A DNA stretch of 64,000 nucleotides from Podarcis tiliguerta. Taxonomy: Eukaryota. The stretch lies in NCBI GenBank assembly GCA_965153285.1, contig OZ229110.1. The stretch is one strand, 5' to 3'. The position numbers were made by a program, and so were the translations under genes. Below, one piece after another: positions 1-13,043 of this stretch. A model generated the notes under the pieces. It worked only from the letters and a program-made list of their open reading frames with translations. It ran no database searches and was not told the origin of the DNA. Numbering within the stretch: position 1 is the stretch's first letter; every line of letters starts with the position of its first letter.

Positions 1-986
1 GTAACAAGGGATAAACCTGAACAAATGCTGTTATACATACTTAACCAGCAAATGTCCTTGTTCTAAATTCTCTGTTTTTAAACCAGGGTAAAATGGTCCT
101 GCAGCTTTCCAAGGAGCCTTCTGCCAGGCTGCTGAAACATGTGGTCCGTTGTTACCTCCGCCTTTCTGATAATCCAAGGTAGACACCTTAGAAGTTTCTT
201 GGGATCTCTTGATAGGGGTGGGGTGCAGGTTGGTGTTGTGCTGCAGAACCAGGGACAGTTGTACTTTGCAGTGCCAGGGTGGGGGTCCAGCTCCTTCTGT
301 ATCTCCAGAGCAAATCAAGCATAACCTGACAATTCTTACAATAAATGCCAGGAGCTTAAAGTCCAAGTAGTTTCTTCTGACCGCCTCATCAAGATTCTGA
401 AGACTGAAGCAAGATCATGTAAGATTATACTTATTTGAGCAAACTTATTTTAGCACCAGAGTCTTCTCACTGTTCAGGAACATGTATTGACAGTAATTAT
501 GAGAGAGTTTATAATCTTTTCCCCTTCAATCTCTAACTGCAAAAATGTCTGTGTTTATTAAGCCAACCAGCAGTGCTTGACTGCTCTGGATGCCTAACAT
601 CAGGCAAGTCATTAATCTTCCTTCATAAGTCACATTCTGACTTCATTGATCAGGGTGGAGAAGATGCAGGATAGTGTATGGAGTTGAAGTGACTATCCTG
701 TGGCCTCCAAATGTCATTGGACTCCAACCTACATCAGTGACAGTTAGCATAGCCAGTGGTCAGGGATGCTGTGAGTTGTAGTCCAGCAAATGTCTGTGGT
801 GCCACAGTTTAGCCACCCCTGGTATAAAGAACATGGTTGTACCCTGCAGGTATGTGTAGATGCTTCTGATACAAAGTGCTTCTGATACAGCAATTGTAGC
901 CTTAAGTATTCAAGAGGGGGGCTTGCTCCCCTCTTGTCCATGTGAGTTTATTTGTTGGCCCCCCTCTTTCTTGTCTCCTGATGTAG

Positions 987-1155
987 GGCACGGGAAGCCC
1001 TCAGGCAGTGCCTTCCTGACCAGCTGAAAGACACCACCTTTGCCCAGGTTCTGAAAGACGATACTACCACCAAGCGTTGGCTGGCACAGCTGGTCAAGAA
1101 TCTGCAGGAAGGCCAAGTCACCGACCCCAGGGGCATCCCCCTTCCTCCGCAGTGA
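987..1155 (+). CDS. CNOT9: CNOT9/RQCD1 last coding exon (CCR4-NOT subunit 9 C-terminus)
   Basis: After acceptor ...ttgtctcctgatgtAG the exon reads (R)[58 protein letters not shown], the conserved CNOT9 C-terminus. Expected synteny upstream of PLCD4. Not in the ORF track because there is no ATG. Confidence 0.96.
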
Positions 1156-2619
1156 CAGCCAAGGAGGTGGCAGAACCCAGGAGGAAACAGCTCAGGTTTA
1201 CAGAGAGCCAGGAACCAATGACCTCTTCCAGATCCTGTCAGGCATGGTTGGGCAGCTCCTTGGACTGTCAGTAGCTACCTGGACTGCAGGCCCTTTCTAT
1301 AGCAACGTCTCACCATGCCTCTGAGGATTATGACACCAGCAAACACAGTTGGGACAGAGAAGCCCTCTTTTAGGGTGTGGGCTTTGTTGCGATGATCAGT
1401 TGAGTACCAAGCTAGGCAGTGCTGCTACCAATGGCGTATCTACCTTTCTGGTTCAGTGCAGCAGGCTTGGGAAGTATTCCTCAGTTTCTTTGTTATTCAG
1501 TGTTTACATGTAAGTTCAATAAAGGTTGGTCTGATCATTTGACCCTCTTAGGCGTACCTTTTGAGCTGAATCTAGCTCTAAGCAGAGGAGGCCTGTTTCC
1601 CTTTTCCCAACTGGGAATTGCGCTTTCGTAAGAGGAGCCCCACTGATCCTTTAAAAAAAAAAGTTCAGCCTTTGGGGCTGAAGCCCAATCTCGGGGGGAT
1701 TGGGAGAGGGGTGATAACATAGTATATCCACAGGTTCTTAAAGGATTGTTCCTGGTATGTCAGAAGGCAGAGACTTCCTGGACTCCATTCCTTTGGCCAT
1801 GCATTAGAACAGTCCCTGCCTCTGTGACTGTATTTGAACCAGTGTCAAATGTTCTATGGATGATCCTCCACCACCTAGTCAGTAAGTTCCAGAATGCCAC
1901 CAAAACATTCCTTCAGCATTCAAACTGTGCCAGAGGAGAAAGTTGTTGCATGGATGCCATGGCCGGCAAGCCATGTGGCCTTCCACTTTGTAGCAGCCCA
2001 TGCCTCTGGTTAGGGTAGGGTTAACTCTAAGTGTGAACAAAACAGACAGGGACCAAGAGCTATTTCAGGCAGTCGGTAAAGGCTGCAGGTATTTCAGCCT
2101 TGCTGGCTAGTGCTGGAAAGCATAATGGCTGCAAAACGCAAGGGCTCTCATGCTCTTTATCTTATCCTTCCCCTGCTACGAGGCTAAGTGCATCCAATTT
2201 ATCACCTTGAACCTGCTCCTGTTTGTTGGCGTCTGCGATGGATGAGGAGCTATTAAGCAGTCAGCAGAGACATCTTCTCCCCTGCCCTCTAAATGAGAGA
2301 AGCAAACAAAAAGAAGGGGAGGGAGGGGGAAATAATCCAAGCTGTTTGTCAGTTGCACAACAAGGCTGGGAGCAGGTGGCTTCTGGTCCCTTGCCAGATC
2401 CCTTGGCCTCAGCACCTGCTGCTGTTTTGGGTAGGAACCTCTCTTCCATTTCCTCTCTTTTCTTTGCTGATGGCTGGCCATGCCATGCCAAGGGTGTCTT
2501 AACTCTTCCCTCTCCATGGACTGCTTTTGCTCTTACAGCGGCTCCGTTTTATAACAGCCTTGTTTTATCCATCCCTGCCTTGAGTGGACTTTACCAACTG
2601 CTTTCTGTTTTGTAACTTG

Positions 2620-2625
2620 AATAAA
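2620..2625 (+). terminator. Candidate CNOT9 polyadenylation signal AATAAA (another at 1518-1523)
   Basis: AATAAA after a U-rich stretch about 1.5 kb past the stop codon; usage not demonstrable from sequence. Confidence 0.4.
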
Positions 2626-2842
2626 AAATAAGCCAAATGAATCTGGATCCTCTTTGACTTAAAATAATGGCTTGGAAGAATGGCAGGGAGGGTTGTAGAC
2701 ATTACCAAAAATGTCCTCTCAAAGACTTTTATCACTGGGCAATATAGCATTTCCCTCCAGTTGAGAGAGCTGTGCTTTTTGCCCAGAGAGCCCTTAGCTG
2801 TGGGGTTGGAGTGAGTGTCACTATGCTGGGTAGCAGTTCACA

Positions 2843-2845
<3 letters not shown>

Positions 2846-2878
<33 letters not shown>
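2846..2878. repeat. (TG)n microsatellite
   Basis: Perfect TG dinucleotide run. Confidence 0.95.
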
Positions 2879-2880
<2 letters not shown>

Positions 2881-3637
2881 CACATATAGCCTATTTTGGT
2901 AAACCAAGGTAAAGTCACATGCTTCTGCTTAGCAACTCTGCTTTATTTTAAGAACCATGGTTCAAGAGCATAGTGTCATTTTTTAAAACAAAATATATAT
3001 ACCATCTGAGTGCAATAAAACCCCTAAGCGGTTTTCAAGAAATATTAAAATTATCAATAAATTTAAAACCATTGAAAACATTTTAAAATAATTAAAATGA
3101 ACAGTAAAAGAGATCAAAACAACTACATGTCTGGATAGGTTTGCCTTAAAAAATGTTTTAAGCAGGTGACAAAAAGAGTACAATAAGATATTCTTCACTG
3201 CATCACAGACATAAAGGGAGTATGGCATACTTTTAGCAAGATCTTTAAATAATTTGAATGTTCTGGTTTGCAGAAGATGGACCAGTGTGATCTAAGAAAG
3301 AGATAAAAGTGAATAGCTGGGAAGGTATGAAGTGCCATTGTTAAAGTTGAGCAGATATTGGCCAGTGTAATAATGTCTGCTTGATAGCTACTTCTGGCTT
3401 CCCATGTGATCTGTTCTGAGCATCCTTAACGTTCAGAGCAAGATATATAGATTAGGAAGGGTGTAAGAGAAACAAGAAGTGTACTCTTAAATACATCTCT
3501 TACAATACCGCCTTTTTGGTATGTTAATTTATGACTAGGCACTTCAAAGAAGATTGGTGATCTATATAAAAATGTTACCTGAATCTTCAGTATGCTAAAA
3601 TAAATAGTATTCAGCATAATAAAAAAATAATTTTATG

Positions 3638-3852
3638 ATTATTGCATTTATATCCCACCTTTCCTCCAAGAAGCTTGAGGGTAGCATACATTTTCCTCCC
3701 CCATCTCCATTATATCCTCGCAACAACCCTGCAAGGTAGGTTAGGCTGAGAGACTGTGATTGGCCCAGGTCAGCCAGTAAGCGTCATGGCTGGGTGGGAA
3801 TTTGAACCCTGGTCTCCTGGGTCCTAATCTGGTTCTAACACTGTATCACCAC
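3638..3852 (-). mobile_element. tRNA-derived squamate SINE (Squam-like), diverged
   Basis: Shares the caacaaccctg..aggtaggttaggctgagag...tggccca.ggtca...tttgaacc core with copies at about 18818, 51150 and 62634; reverse B-box (tttgaacc) near the 5' end. Confidence 0.7.
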
Positions 3853-4692
3853 ATTATGCCCTTGCCTTGCAGAATTATGGAATACAATACCCATGGGCTT
3901 GTAGATTGTATCCTGGCCAGCGAGCTGCATTTGTTCCAATCAGAATGGCATTTCATGGATCATCTGTTCTGTTCTGGGTTCTGTCTTGCCACTGAATCGC
4001 TTCTGCAGGCACCTGGCCAAGACCTAGGAAACTTGTCCTCTTTGTTACCAAGAATAGCAATGAAATGTTCAGTTAATACATCAGCAGTGGGTGCTGCCGA
4101 AAGCTTAATCCTTCTCATAGCGTAAGGCACTACGAGAGTTGGGATTCCAGTGCTTAAGGGGACAGCAGGCTGGAATGAAATATGTTTCCAAAGTAATGGT
4201 ACAGTCACATCCCACTCTAGCCACTGGCAAAATGTCCATTGATGTTAAGGTTCTGGATTGTCACCTTAACCGTATGACATAAACTGGGTGCATACATGTG
4301 TTCACAGCATGTGCTCTGTTTATCACAGCTGACTGCAAATATTTCTCATAACATTTGCTAATTAATTTTCAATGGATTGTATCCAACGCTGCCCATGTAC
4401 AAGCCAAACAGCCTTCTGCTCACACAATGTTGGCTTCGGCCCAGTATTTACTTTGTTCTTTTTTAATAGATACATGGGTAATCTGTTGCGGCAACCACTG
4501 TGTATTTGTTTCTTAATGCATTAATAGCACATGAATGTAGAAAGCTTTTAATGACCTTTATTTTGCTTTTCCTTTCACTCCCAAAAATAGTACTACAATT
4601 TTATGATGCATTATCCAAGTGACACTACATCCTGAACTGAGCAAAGGTATTGCAAGTCCTAAAATTTGCCCACTAGCATCCAAAAGCAAGTA

Positions 4693-4949
4693 CAGTGGTA
4701 CCTTGGGTTACATACGCTTCAGGTTACATACGCTTCAGGTTACATACGCTTCAGGTTACATACGCTTCAGGTTACAGACTCCGCTAACCCAGAAATAGTG
4801 CTTCAGGTTAAGAACTTTGCTTCAGGATGAGAACAGAAATCATGCTCTGGCGGCGCGGCGGCAGCAGGAGGCCCCATGAAATAAAGTGGTGCTTCAGGTT
4901 AAGAAAAGACCTCCGGAACGAATTAAGTACTTAACCCGAGGTACCACTG
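4693..4949. mobile_element. Non-autonomous Tc1/mariner-superfamily (pogo/Tigger-like) MITE
   Basis: TIRs CAGTGGTACCTTGGGTTA ... TAACCCGAGGTACCACTG flanked by TA at 4691-4692 and 4950-4951; internal 16-bp tandem repeat. Confidence 0.9.
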
Positions 4950-5840
4950 TATGGAACTTTGGGGGAAAGGCCACATCTTGGTGATAAGGTCATATATTAC
5001 ATATACATATACAAAACTGCCTAGTTACAGTGCCTTCCTAGTTGCCTTCTTGAATAGGTCATGCTTCCAAAGCTACAGTGGATGTGACCAGTGCTTAATT
5101 TCTAAAATATGCTCAAAGCACATCTCATCTCTTAGCTGGAATCCACCTTTTCTAATATGGGACTAATCTTCATGCTCGGAGGCAGTCCAATTATTTCTCT
5201 TTAAAAAACCCTTAGGTAGAAAACTGATTCTAGAGGTGAATCCTGACTCCAATTAAGCTCCGTGTCAGAGATTAGGGAAAGAGAAGATCCTAAGTGTGCA
5301 AGTAACCAGGTTGGCCCCTTCTGTTCCCTGGCACTAAGCTTTCCCCCTCTTGAGTTACAGACTCGCCTTTTATAATTAATGGATGGTATTTGATCAAGTA
5401 GCTTTCCAATTGGTCTAAAAGCAGCTGCCATGGGCAGCAGAGGATGTTCCCATGCCCCTTGGGAGTTGCATATCTGTAGTGAGCTTTGTCATGAGGCTCA
5501 TGAAACTCCCTGGAAAGCTCCTTGTGAGTTTCTCTTCCCAGCTAGCTTTTCAAAGTACAACAAGTAACAAAGCAGTCATCAGGACACTCAGATTTCAGAC
5601 CAGAGCAGTGTGGTGTGTATAATGTCTCAAGCTATTCAGAATCATTGTACCTGTCTGTCACCTATCTCTTGAACTGCAACTGAACAATAAAAAAGACACT
5701 GGTGTTTGATTTGAGGCAGTTGTTTCATACTCACAAAAATGGACCCTTAATTCTTGGCTGCTGCAAAAAAATGCCTTCTAAAGCCCTAAGATTGCCCTGA
5801 CTCACAGCACAAGGCTATCTCCTTATCAAAGGCAGACACA

Positions 5841-5927
5841 CAGACTTCAGATGGCATAGATAAAACTGGGACACCTTTATAACATGCAGACTTCAGATGG
5901 CATAGATAAAACTGGGACACCTTTATA
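5841..5927. repeat. 41-bp direct tandem duplication (period 46)
   Basis: cagacttcagatggcatagataaaactgggacacctttata at 5841-5881 and 5887-5927. Confidence 0.95.
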
Positions 5928-7908
5928 CAGAGGGTTGTGTTGCAGAGAAAGACAATAAGCATTTCCCCATGTTCCCAATACCAGATTACTATATATACTT
6001 GGATTGTACTCAAGTCATCTTCCAACATGCATATTAAAACTACATGCATGAGCTTTGCAACAAACAAATATCTTGGAGAATGAGGATTCACACACACTCT
6101 TAATGGGCTTGTACAGTCTTGAGCAATAAATCTTACATCCCATGCTGACAAATCTTTAAATCAAAGCCACAATTCAAATGCTGAGAGAGGCATCAGCAAC
6201 GGTGGGGAGGAGAGGTGGGGAAGCCCCATTGTAATAGCAATGGCCCAGTAAGGTTACTCTGCGTGGATCAGATCCTTCTGTGTGGTACAATCATTTATAC
6301 ATTGCAAAGCACGCACACACTCATTAAAATTAGTACTAATAAACTGAGTATTAATATTTAGTTTTCAAAAAATTATACTGCTTAAAATAATAAAACTCTT
6401 AAGAGGTTTTCACAAAAACAATAAGAATAAGCATGTTTCCACTAATTAATATTTATTTAAGAATTATATTGAATGGTACAGTACTCAGTTATCAGATTGC
6501 AAGAGATCTTTTAGATCTCACATACCTGAGGCATGTGCTTTCCATAAATGTTTTTATAGTGAGATGTTACAACTTTATAACAAGTAATAGACCACTTAAA
6601 GCAAACTTACCACAAAGGTGTCACTACTGTCACAAGCTGAATAAAGGTGATTATGGATATGAGGGCTGAGCGTATGATTATTAGCTCAGAGGTCTCTCAG
6701 AGACATTTGAGCTGCATCATTATATCTGACACATTATATCTGAAAATGCATCCTGTGGCTGTAGAAGTTGGATACAATCCTCCAGAGAGCAGCTGTTATG
6801 TGAGGCTCACTTTAAAAGAGAAATGCAGTGGGGGGAAAGACACTTTCGTTTTTTGAAGGAAAAAAGTGACCAATTAATACAATGAAATGCAATAAATATA
6901 TCACAAGATGGGGTTGCCTTTCCTCTCCTTTCCCTGAGCAGCAACGCCTCCCAATCTCCCATCATCTTTGCCTCTTTGCCATACTTGCCGAGACTGATGG
7001 CAGTTGTAGTTCAGCAACAGCTGGGGGGGGGCCCCAAGGCTTCCCACACCTGGTCTACTGGGGAAAAGAAGCATAACAATGTTTGCCTCTCAGTCTTTGG
7101 AAACAATATGTTGCCTCAGAGAGCCTAGCCCCATCTTCAGGTGGTGCAAAATCCTATTCCTCCAGTTTAGGATACCACCGCCAAACAGTTCGGAACCCTC
7201 CAGCTATTCAGTAAAGCAAGTTTCTCTTTACTGCTGTTTTCTACATAGCAAGGAACCTGTGTGGTTTGCCTAAGGATGCAGACAAATTTACAAAACAGCT
7301 GGGTTTTTTCTGTTTACAGATAATAGAAAAACTCCTTTGGTTGCCCTAATAAAGGTATCACCCTAATGTGGTCTTGGAACTTAACCTATGGTCCAACAGG
7401 CCTACCTATACTTTCCCGGTGGGTAGGGCAGGGATTTAGAAATCCATTGCAACTACCACAGGTGAGTGGGGTGTAGTGTGTTCTCTCTCCTCGTGTGTGT
7501 GTGTGTGTTGGACTTGGGCAACACTGCAGAAAGCTGAGCCAGGCTTGGGCAAGTAATTTGTCATCTTACCTTCTATATGAGGCAGGCAGAAGGTAAAGTG
7601 GTAGATTGTTGGGTTATTTGCAGTAGGTCACCAATATTTTGGGGGTGGAATGCAATATAGCACTAAGCCAACACTTCATCAGCCTAAGGATTTATGATTC
7701 TGGGGCGGGGGAACCATTATCCTTCTCCCTCCCCCTACACTCCCCAACAGTTGACTCCAATTCCCATCTGCCCCAGCCAGCATGGTCAGTGGTCAAGCAT
7801 TCTCCTTGATGCTACAGAGAGAGTCTGAAGCTGCAGCAATGGAAGAAACAGGACCCTCTTGGGATGTAAATACTCTGCACTCCCTCCATCTGTGCTCAGA
7901 TTGTATAT

Positions 7909-8596
7909 TTGTTGTTGTTGTTGTTGTTGTTTAGTCGTTCAGTCGTGTCCGACTCTTCGTGACCCCATGGACCAGAGCACGCCAGGCACTCCTATCTTCC
8001 ACTTCCTCCCGCAGTTTGGTCAGACTCATGTTTGTAGCTTCAAGAACACTGTCTAACCATCTCGTCCTCTGTCGTCCCCTTCTCCTTGTGCCCTCCATCT
8101 TTCCCAGCATCAGGGTCTTTTCCAGGGAGTCTTCTCTTCTCATGAGGTGGCCAAAGTATTGGAGCCTCAGCTTCAGGATCTGTCCTTCCAGTGAGCACTC
8201 AGGGCTGATTTCCTTAAGAATGGATGCGTTTGATCTTCTTGCAGTCCATGGGACTCTCAAGAGTCTCCTCCAGCACCATAATTCAAAAGCGTCAATTCTT
8301 CGGCGATCAGCCTTCTTTATGGTCCAGCTCTCACTTCCATACATCACTACTGGGAAAATCATAGCTTTAACTATACGGACCTTTGTTGGCAAGGTGATGT
8401 CTCTACTTTTTAAAATGCTGTCTAGGTTTGTCATTGCTTTCCTCCCAAGAAGCAGGCGTCTCTTAATTTCGTGGCTGCTGTCACCATCTGCAGTGATCAT
8501 GGAGCCCAAGAAAGTAAAATCTCTCACTGCCTCCATTTCTTCCCCTTCTATTTGCCAGGAGGTGATGGGACCAGTGGCCATGATCTTCGTTTTTTT
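7909..8596 (-). mobile_element. BovB (RTE clade) LINE, 5'-truncated 3' end
   Basis: Uninterrupted 216-codon ORF (MATGPITSWQIEGEEMEAVRDFTFLGS...DAFELWCWRRLLRVPWTARRSN...HGVTKSRTRLND) typical of the BovB ORF C-terminus; (CAA)n tail; GATTGTATAT duplicated at 7899-7908 and 8597-8606 (TSD). Confidence 0.95.
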
Positions 8597-11500
8597 GATT
8601 GTATATATGTATAATTAAACCATATATCATAAAGACACCAAGTCTCTCCTGTGCCGCGTTTCGAAAGGAAACACAGACCCTGGGTAAATGCCTGGCCCCC
8701 TGGAATCTAACACCACTGAGAGGCTGGGGTGGTATATAACAATACTGAAATTCAACATGTGAGCAGGGATACTCAAGGCTCTGTTATTCATGAAGGAAAG
8801 CACTGGAGGTGAGCATTAATCTTCACGTTGGAGGTCTTTGGGGTAGGCTTCCTCAAGGAACATTCCCAATAATTTGACAGTCTAGAAATCTTCAGTAGGA
8901 AAGACTGGTTGCTTATTGTTCATTTAATGCATTTACAAATATCTATTCCTCTTAATATATGCAACTCTAAAATGACTTATCGCTCAGGCCAGAACTAAAT
9001 TGCTTAGTCCCTGTATTCTCAAATGCCCTCTGGATTTGCTAATTCACTGCCCCTCGGTAATTCTAAAGTGGTGGCAGAGCTAACGAGAATTGGGTAATAT
9101 GGGCAGGAATGCTTCACAAGAACCAATAACTAAGAACTCCACAAGAACTCCACCAGATGACCTGCTTGTTCAGCCTCCATCCTGATTCACTTGCACAAAG
9201 CTTGCATGGAGGTTAGATTACATTTGGTCTTTACTGAGTATTTGTTCTGATTTGTTTGCTGGGAGGCTATATAACAATGAGCATCCATCCTAATTTGCTT
9301 GCTGCATGTTTATACATCTTCCAGCTAGTCATTCATTCATCCCACCCTTTTCAATGCCTTTCCCTGGCCACGTTCCTAACCTCAGGAAAAAGTCAGTGTT
9401 AAGTCGCACTAGAGCGGCACAAAACATTAACCCACTTTAACTATGTGCACATAAATTTCCCAGATGCATGTGAATCTCTCCCATAAAACAGTGGCACTCT
9501 GGAGGTACCCCAAACTGGACTGAACACCTGCCTGATTAGATGCATCCATATGTATAGATATTTATACATAGGTATGGATATTAATGCATAGTTATTTGTA
9601 TTCATCCAAATGCTGTAACTGTCAGAGTGGCTATTTTTGTCTCCTCCGACTCTGAGCCAAGGCTGATCAGCTTTGCCAGGTGGCGGGGTGACAAGTAAGC
9701 CTCTAGCTCTGTGCCTTTAAGTGAAGAGGCAAAGCACTGGGCAGGGCTGAACTGCTGTGAGATCATTTTTCCTTTTCCTTCGTGCAAGCTCAGCTGCTGC
9801 GTCAGTAGCAGTCCTGTGTGCCAACAGCATGAGGTGGTAAGGCAGAGTAGTCGGGGAACCCGGAGCAGGATCTGCCGCCGCCACCGCCATGCCACTCCAA
9901 GACCTGGAGACACTTTGAAACAGGGCCCTTGTTCCAACCCAGGGATCTTCTGTCTACTGGTAAGAGAGCTGTATTGCAAGGACTTGGTGCAACTAGGGGA
10001 AATTGGGACATTTTGCTGCAGTGCTCACTGGAAACAGAGAGGCAGCGAGGGAAGGAGGAACAAGCACTCAAAGACAAGCCACGAGTGTGTGCTATATTTT
10101 TAAAATGAGAAACAACGTTACTCTGGTGTGCACAGAAATGACACCATCTACCATGGACAGCTTCAAGTCTAATTCAGGATGCACAGGATTTTGTTGTGGT
10201 TACTTGGTGGCAAGGAAAAAGCACTCTGTGTGGGTTCAGAGGTATGGCTGTTTTCTCCCATTCCCTGGCTGAGGCACAGATAGTCCTGCAAATGGGTTCT
10301 GATAAATGAAAGCCTTGAGTGGAGTGAGTTATTGATCAGATGTAAGCTCACGAGCACGCATGTGAATAGGTGTCACTCTGGATGTGAGCTCTAAAGCTCA
10401 CCGAGGGCTCGCATGGAGATGAGAAATGTGTGCATGTTTACTTGGAGCATGTGTGGGTGATGCTCAGGCAGGATGTCGAGCATCTGTGCTCAAACGTAGT
10501 AGTTAGAATTAACTTTCTTTCTTTCTTGGATTCTTGACTGTTGAAGACAAAACTGAACAGAACAAAGCCGAAGCTATTTTGCATCAGGCAGGGGTGGGTT
10601 GTTTATTATAAGAAAATCCCAGACATCTGGGTACCAGGACATGAAACAGGGTGAAGCACTGAAGCAAGCCGCAAGGGGACAGAGCAAATTAAATTAATTG
10701 CTGATCACGGCACTTGACAGCCACAAGGCGCATACGGCAGCAAAGCCTTTGAGAAGGCATTTGCCGCCTCAACTCTGCTTTTGTTCCGATGTGCATTTTG
10801 GATTCTGGGGGTTCATGCATGCATTTGTATGGCGTTCCACTAAATTCAGAAATGAGCCTGAGTCCCCATCCCTGGAAAGCTGCCTTGAAAAGGACAAATG
10901 TTTCAGGGGAGAGATTAGATCCCTGAGAGTTTTGTAAAGGAAAGCTGGCATTTTTAAAATGCTGCAGTTTGTTCTGCTGGCTGCCACTTAAGGGTCAGTA
11001 AATCTTCCTCCTGGCTTTTGTCATATCTGTGAATAATAAATAAAAGCAGGACGGAATTAGGATGGGGAAATATAATGAGTCTGAGGGATGGGTGCTGTGA
11101 GAAATGAAATGAGAATGGCTAGATTTTCCTGAAGAAGAAAAATGTGAGGAGATAAGAAGAAGGAGCTTGAAAAAGCTTTAAAAAGAGGCAAGAAAATACT
11201 TTGGGAAAGAGGGGTGGGGTGTGGAGACCAATGAGGCCAAGGGTACTTTTGCTTTCTTTTAATGTACAAAGTGCTTTACAGTCTTTCAGATTTCAATATG
11301 ACTTTTTCTATGCTTACTCAGAAGTAAGCCTCATTGATTTAAGTAGGATCTACTTCCTAGTAAGTTTGCATCCTAGCAGCAACTCTGAGAGATAGGGTCA
11401 TTGTTCCCCCACTCCCATTTTAAGGACACAGGACTAAGATTGTGTAATGACATGCCAATGAGTTGTCAAGAGGTGGGATCTGAATCCTGATCCAAAAGCA

Positions 11501-12996
11501 GATTTTTTTTGCATCTGTTTAGAAACAGAGATTTATGGTCAGTGTGACTGCTGAGCAGCAAAATAAGGCTGTAAGGAACACCAAAACGCCCCTGAGCACT
11601 TTTCCATCTCTTTCTGTCTCTGGTACTAAAAGTTCTTGTTTTGGGTGTACAGTGGATCAGGCACAGCTATAGCTGTTAAGGCAAGGGAACAATTTCATCA
11701 CTACTTGGAGATCTTGCAAAACTGGGCGTGAGGTTAACGCGAGGCTGTTCTATTAGGCAAGCCCCTAGATCCCCTCTTGCAAAGAGCCTCCAGGTGACAT
11801 GTATTCATCCATCCCGCAAGCTGTTCTTCATTTATACTCCTATTGGCATACACATAACATTGAAATGTTGGTTGTTGCTTTTAAATGACAATATTACTAT
11901 GCATTCACCCAATGTCCATCTTTGCTTCCTGCTAGTGCCACTTGAAACTAACTAAAACATCACAAAAAACAACAGCAACAAGCAACAATCTTGCTGTACC
12001 TGAAAAGCTAGTCAGTTTATTGTGACTTAAGCAAATGGGTTGTATCTAGTCCACAAGTGCTTCTGTCAGAATAAATGCATTAGTCTTTCAGATGCTACAA
12101 GACTGTTGCTTTTGCTGCATAAAACTATTAATCCATAGATGGATCCCTTGAAAATATACAATCCTGACAGACTCTGCCTTTGGAAGCTGTTAACAAAATA
12201 ACTAGCAGGCCTTGGGGTTCATCACAAGTCTTCATCAGATAGGACGTTAAGCAAAACAGCAAAAAGGCAGAAGACAGGAGATGCTGGGGCCAGCGCTACC
12301 ATTAGGTAAAGTGAGGCTGCCATTTCATATGGCAAATGCTGGTGTGCAGTGAGGTGCTGGAGGACTGGTCTATCTGTGCACCCTTTAGGCAAGCCTGATG
12401 CCCTTAGATGCAGTGGAGGATGGCCCATCACCAGTGCTGACATGAGATTCAACTCCCAGTCTGGTCAGCTTCTGTAAATGGAATGGAAGAGGCTGCCATC
12501 TCACCCTTTGCCACAGGCAGTGGAATGTCTTGACCCAGCCCTGGGAGAAGCTGTTCTCTCTCCATAAAAAGATCAAGAAGCACAGCCTGCTTTTTTGCAT
12601 TATACTGAGGCAGTAGTACGTGCTGTTGATATGCCTGTGTGTCTAGGCACCCTGGGCCTCCTGCTTTCACAATCCATGCAGCCCAGCATGTGAAATCAAA
12701 TGATGAGTCCCTGTTCCTTTCTTGTGTATGCAAAGGGGAGGAGGTGTGTTGCTCGCTCCTGCAGGATTGAGACAGGAGATTGCATTACTGTGCCAGACCT
12801 CAGAGGAATTAAATATAAGCCCTGGAGTTCAATCCAGGATAAGTTGCTTTCAGCTTCTGGGAAAGCCTGAAGCAAGGCACATTTGAGACAAGGCAAACTT
12901 GGTGTCCCAAAGTGAATCCTGCAAGGCAGCTCAATTTGTTTTGGGACTCTGTATTTAATAATTTTGTTGTCTCTTTCATCACAAAAAATAGATAAT

Positions 12997-13043
12997 TCCT
13001 TCCTTCCTTCCTTTCTTCCTTCCTTCCTTCCTTCCTTCCTTCC
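12997..13043. repeat. (TTCC)n microsatellite
   Basis: Near-perfect TTCC tetranucleotide run. Confidence 0.9.

Noticed and set aside
4706-4776. Regular direct repeats resembling a CRISPR array
   Set aside because: No spacers, inside a TA-flanked MITE, and eukaryotic context.
7959-8618. 219-aa plus-strand ORF
   Set aside because: Antisense frame of the BovB fragment.
9602-10272. Cluster of 90-130-aa ORFs
   Set aside because: No recognisable homology, mostly non-ATG starts, and no phase-compatible ATG-initiated join to PLCD4.
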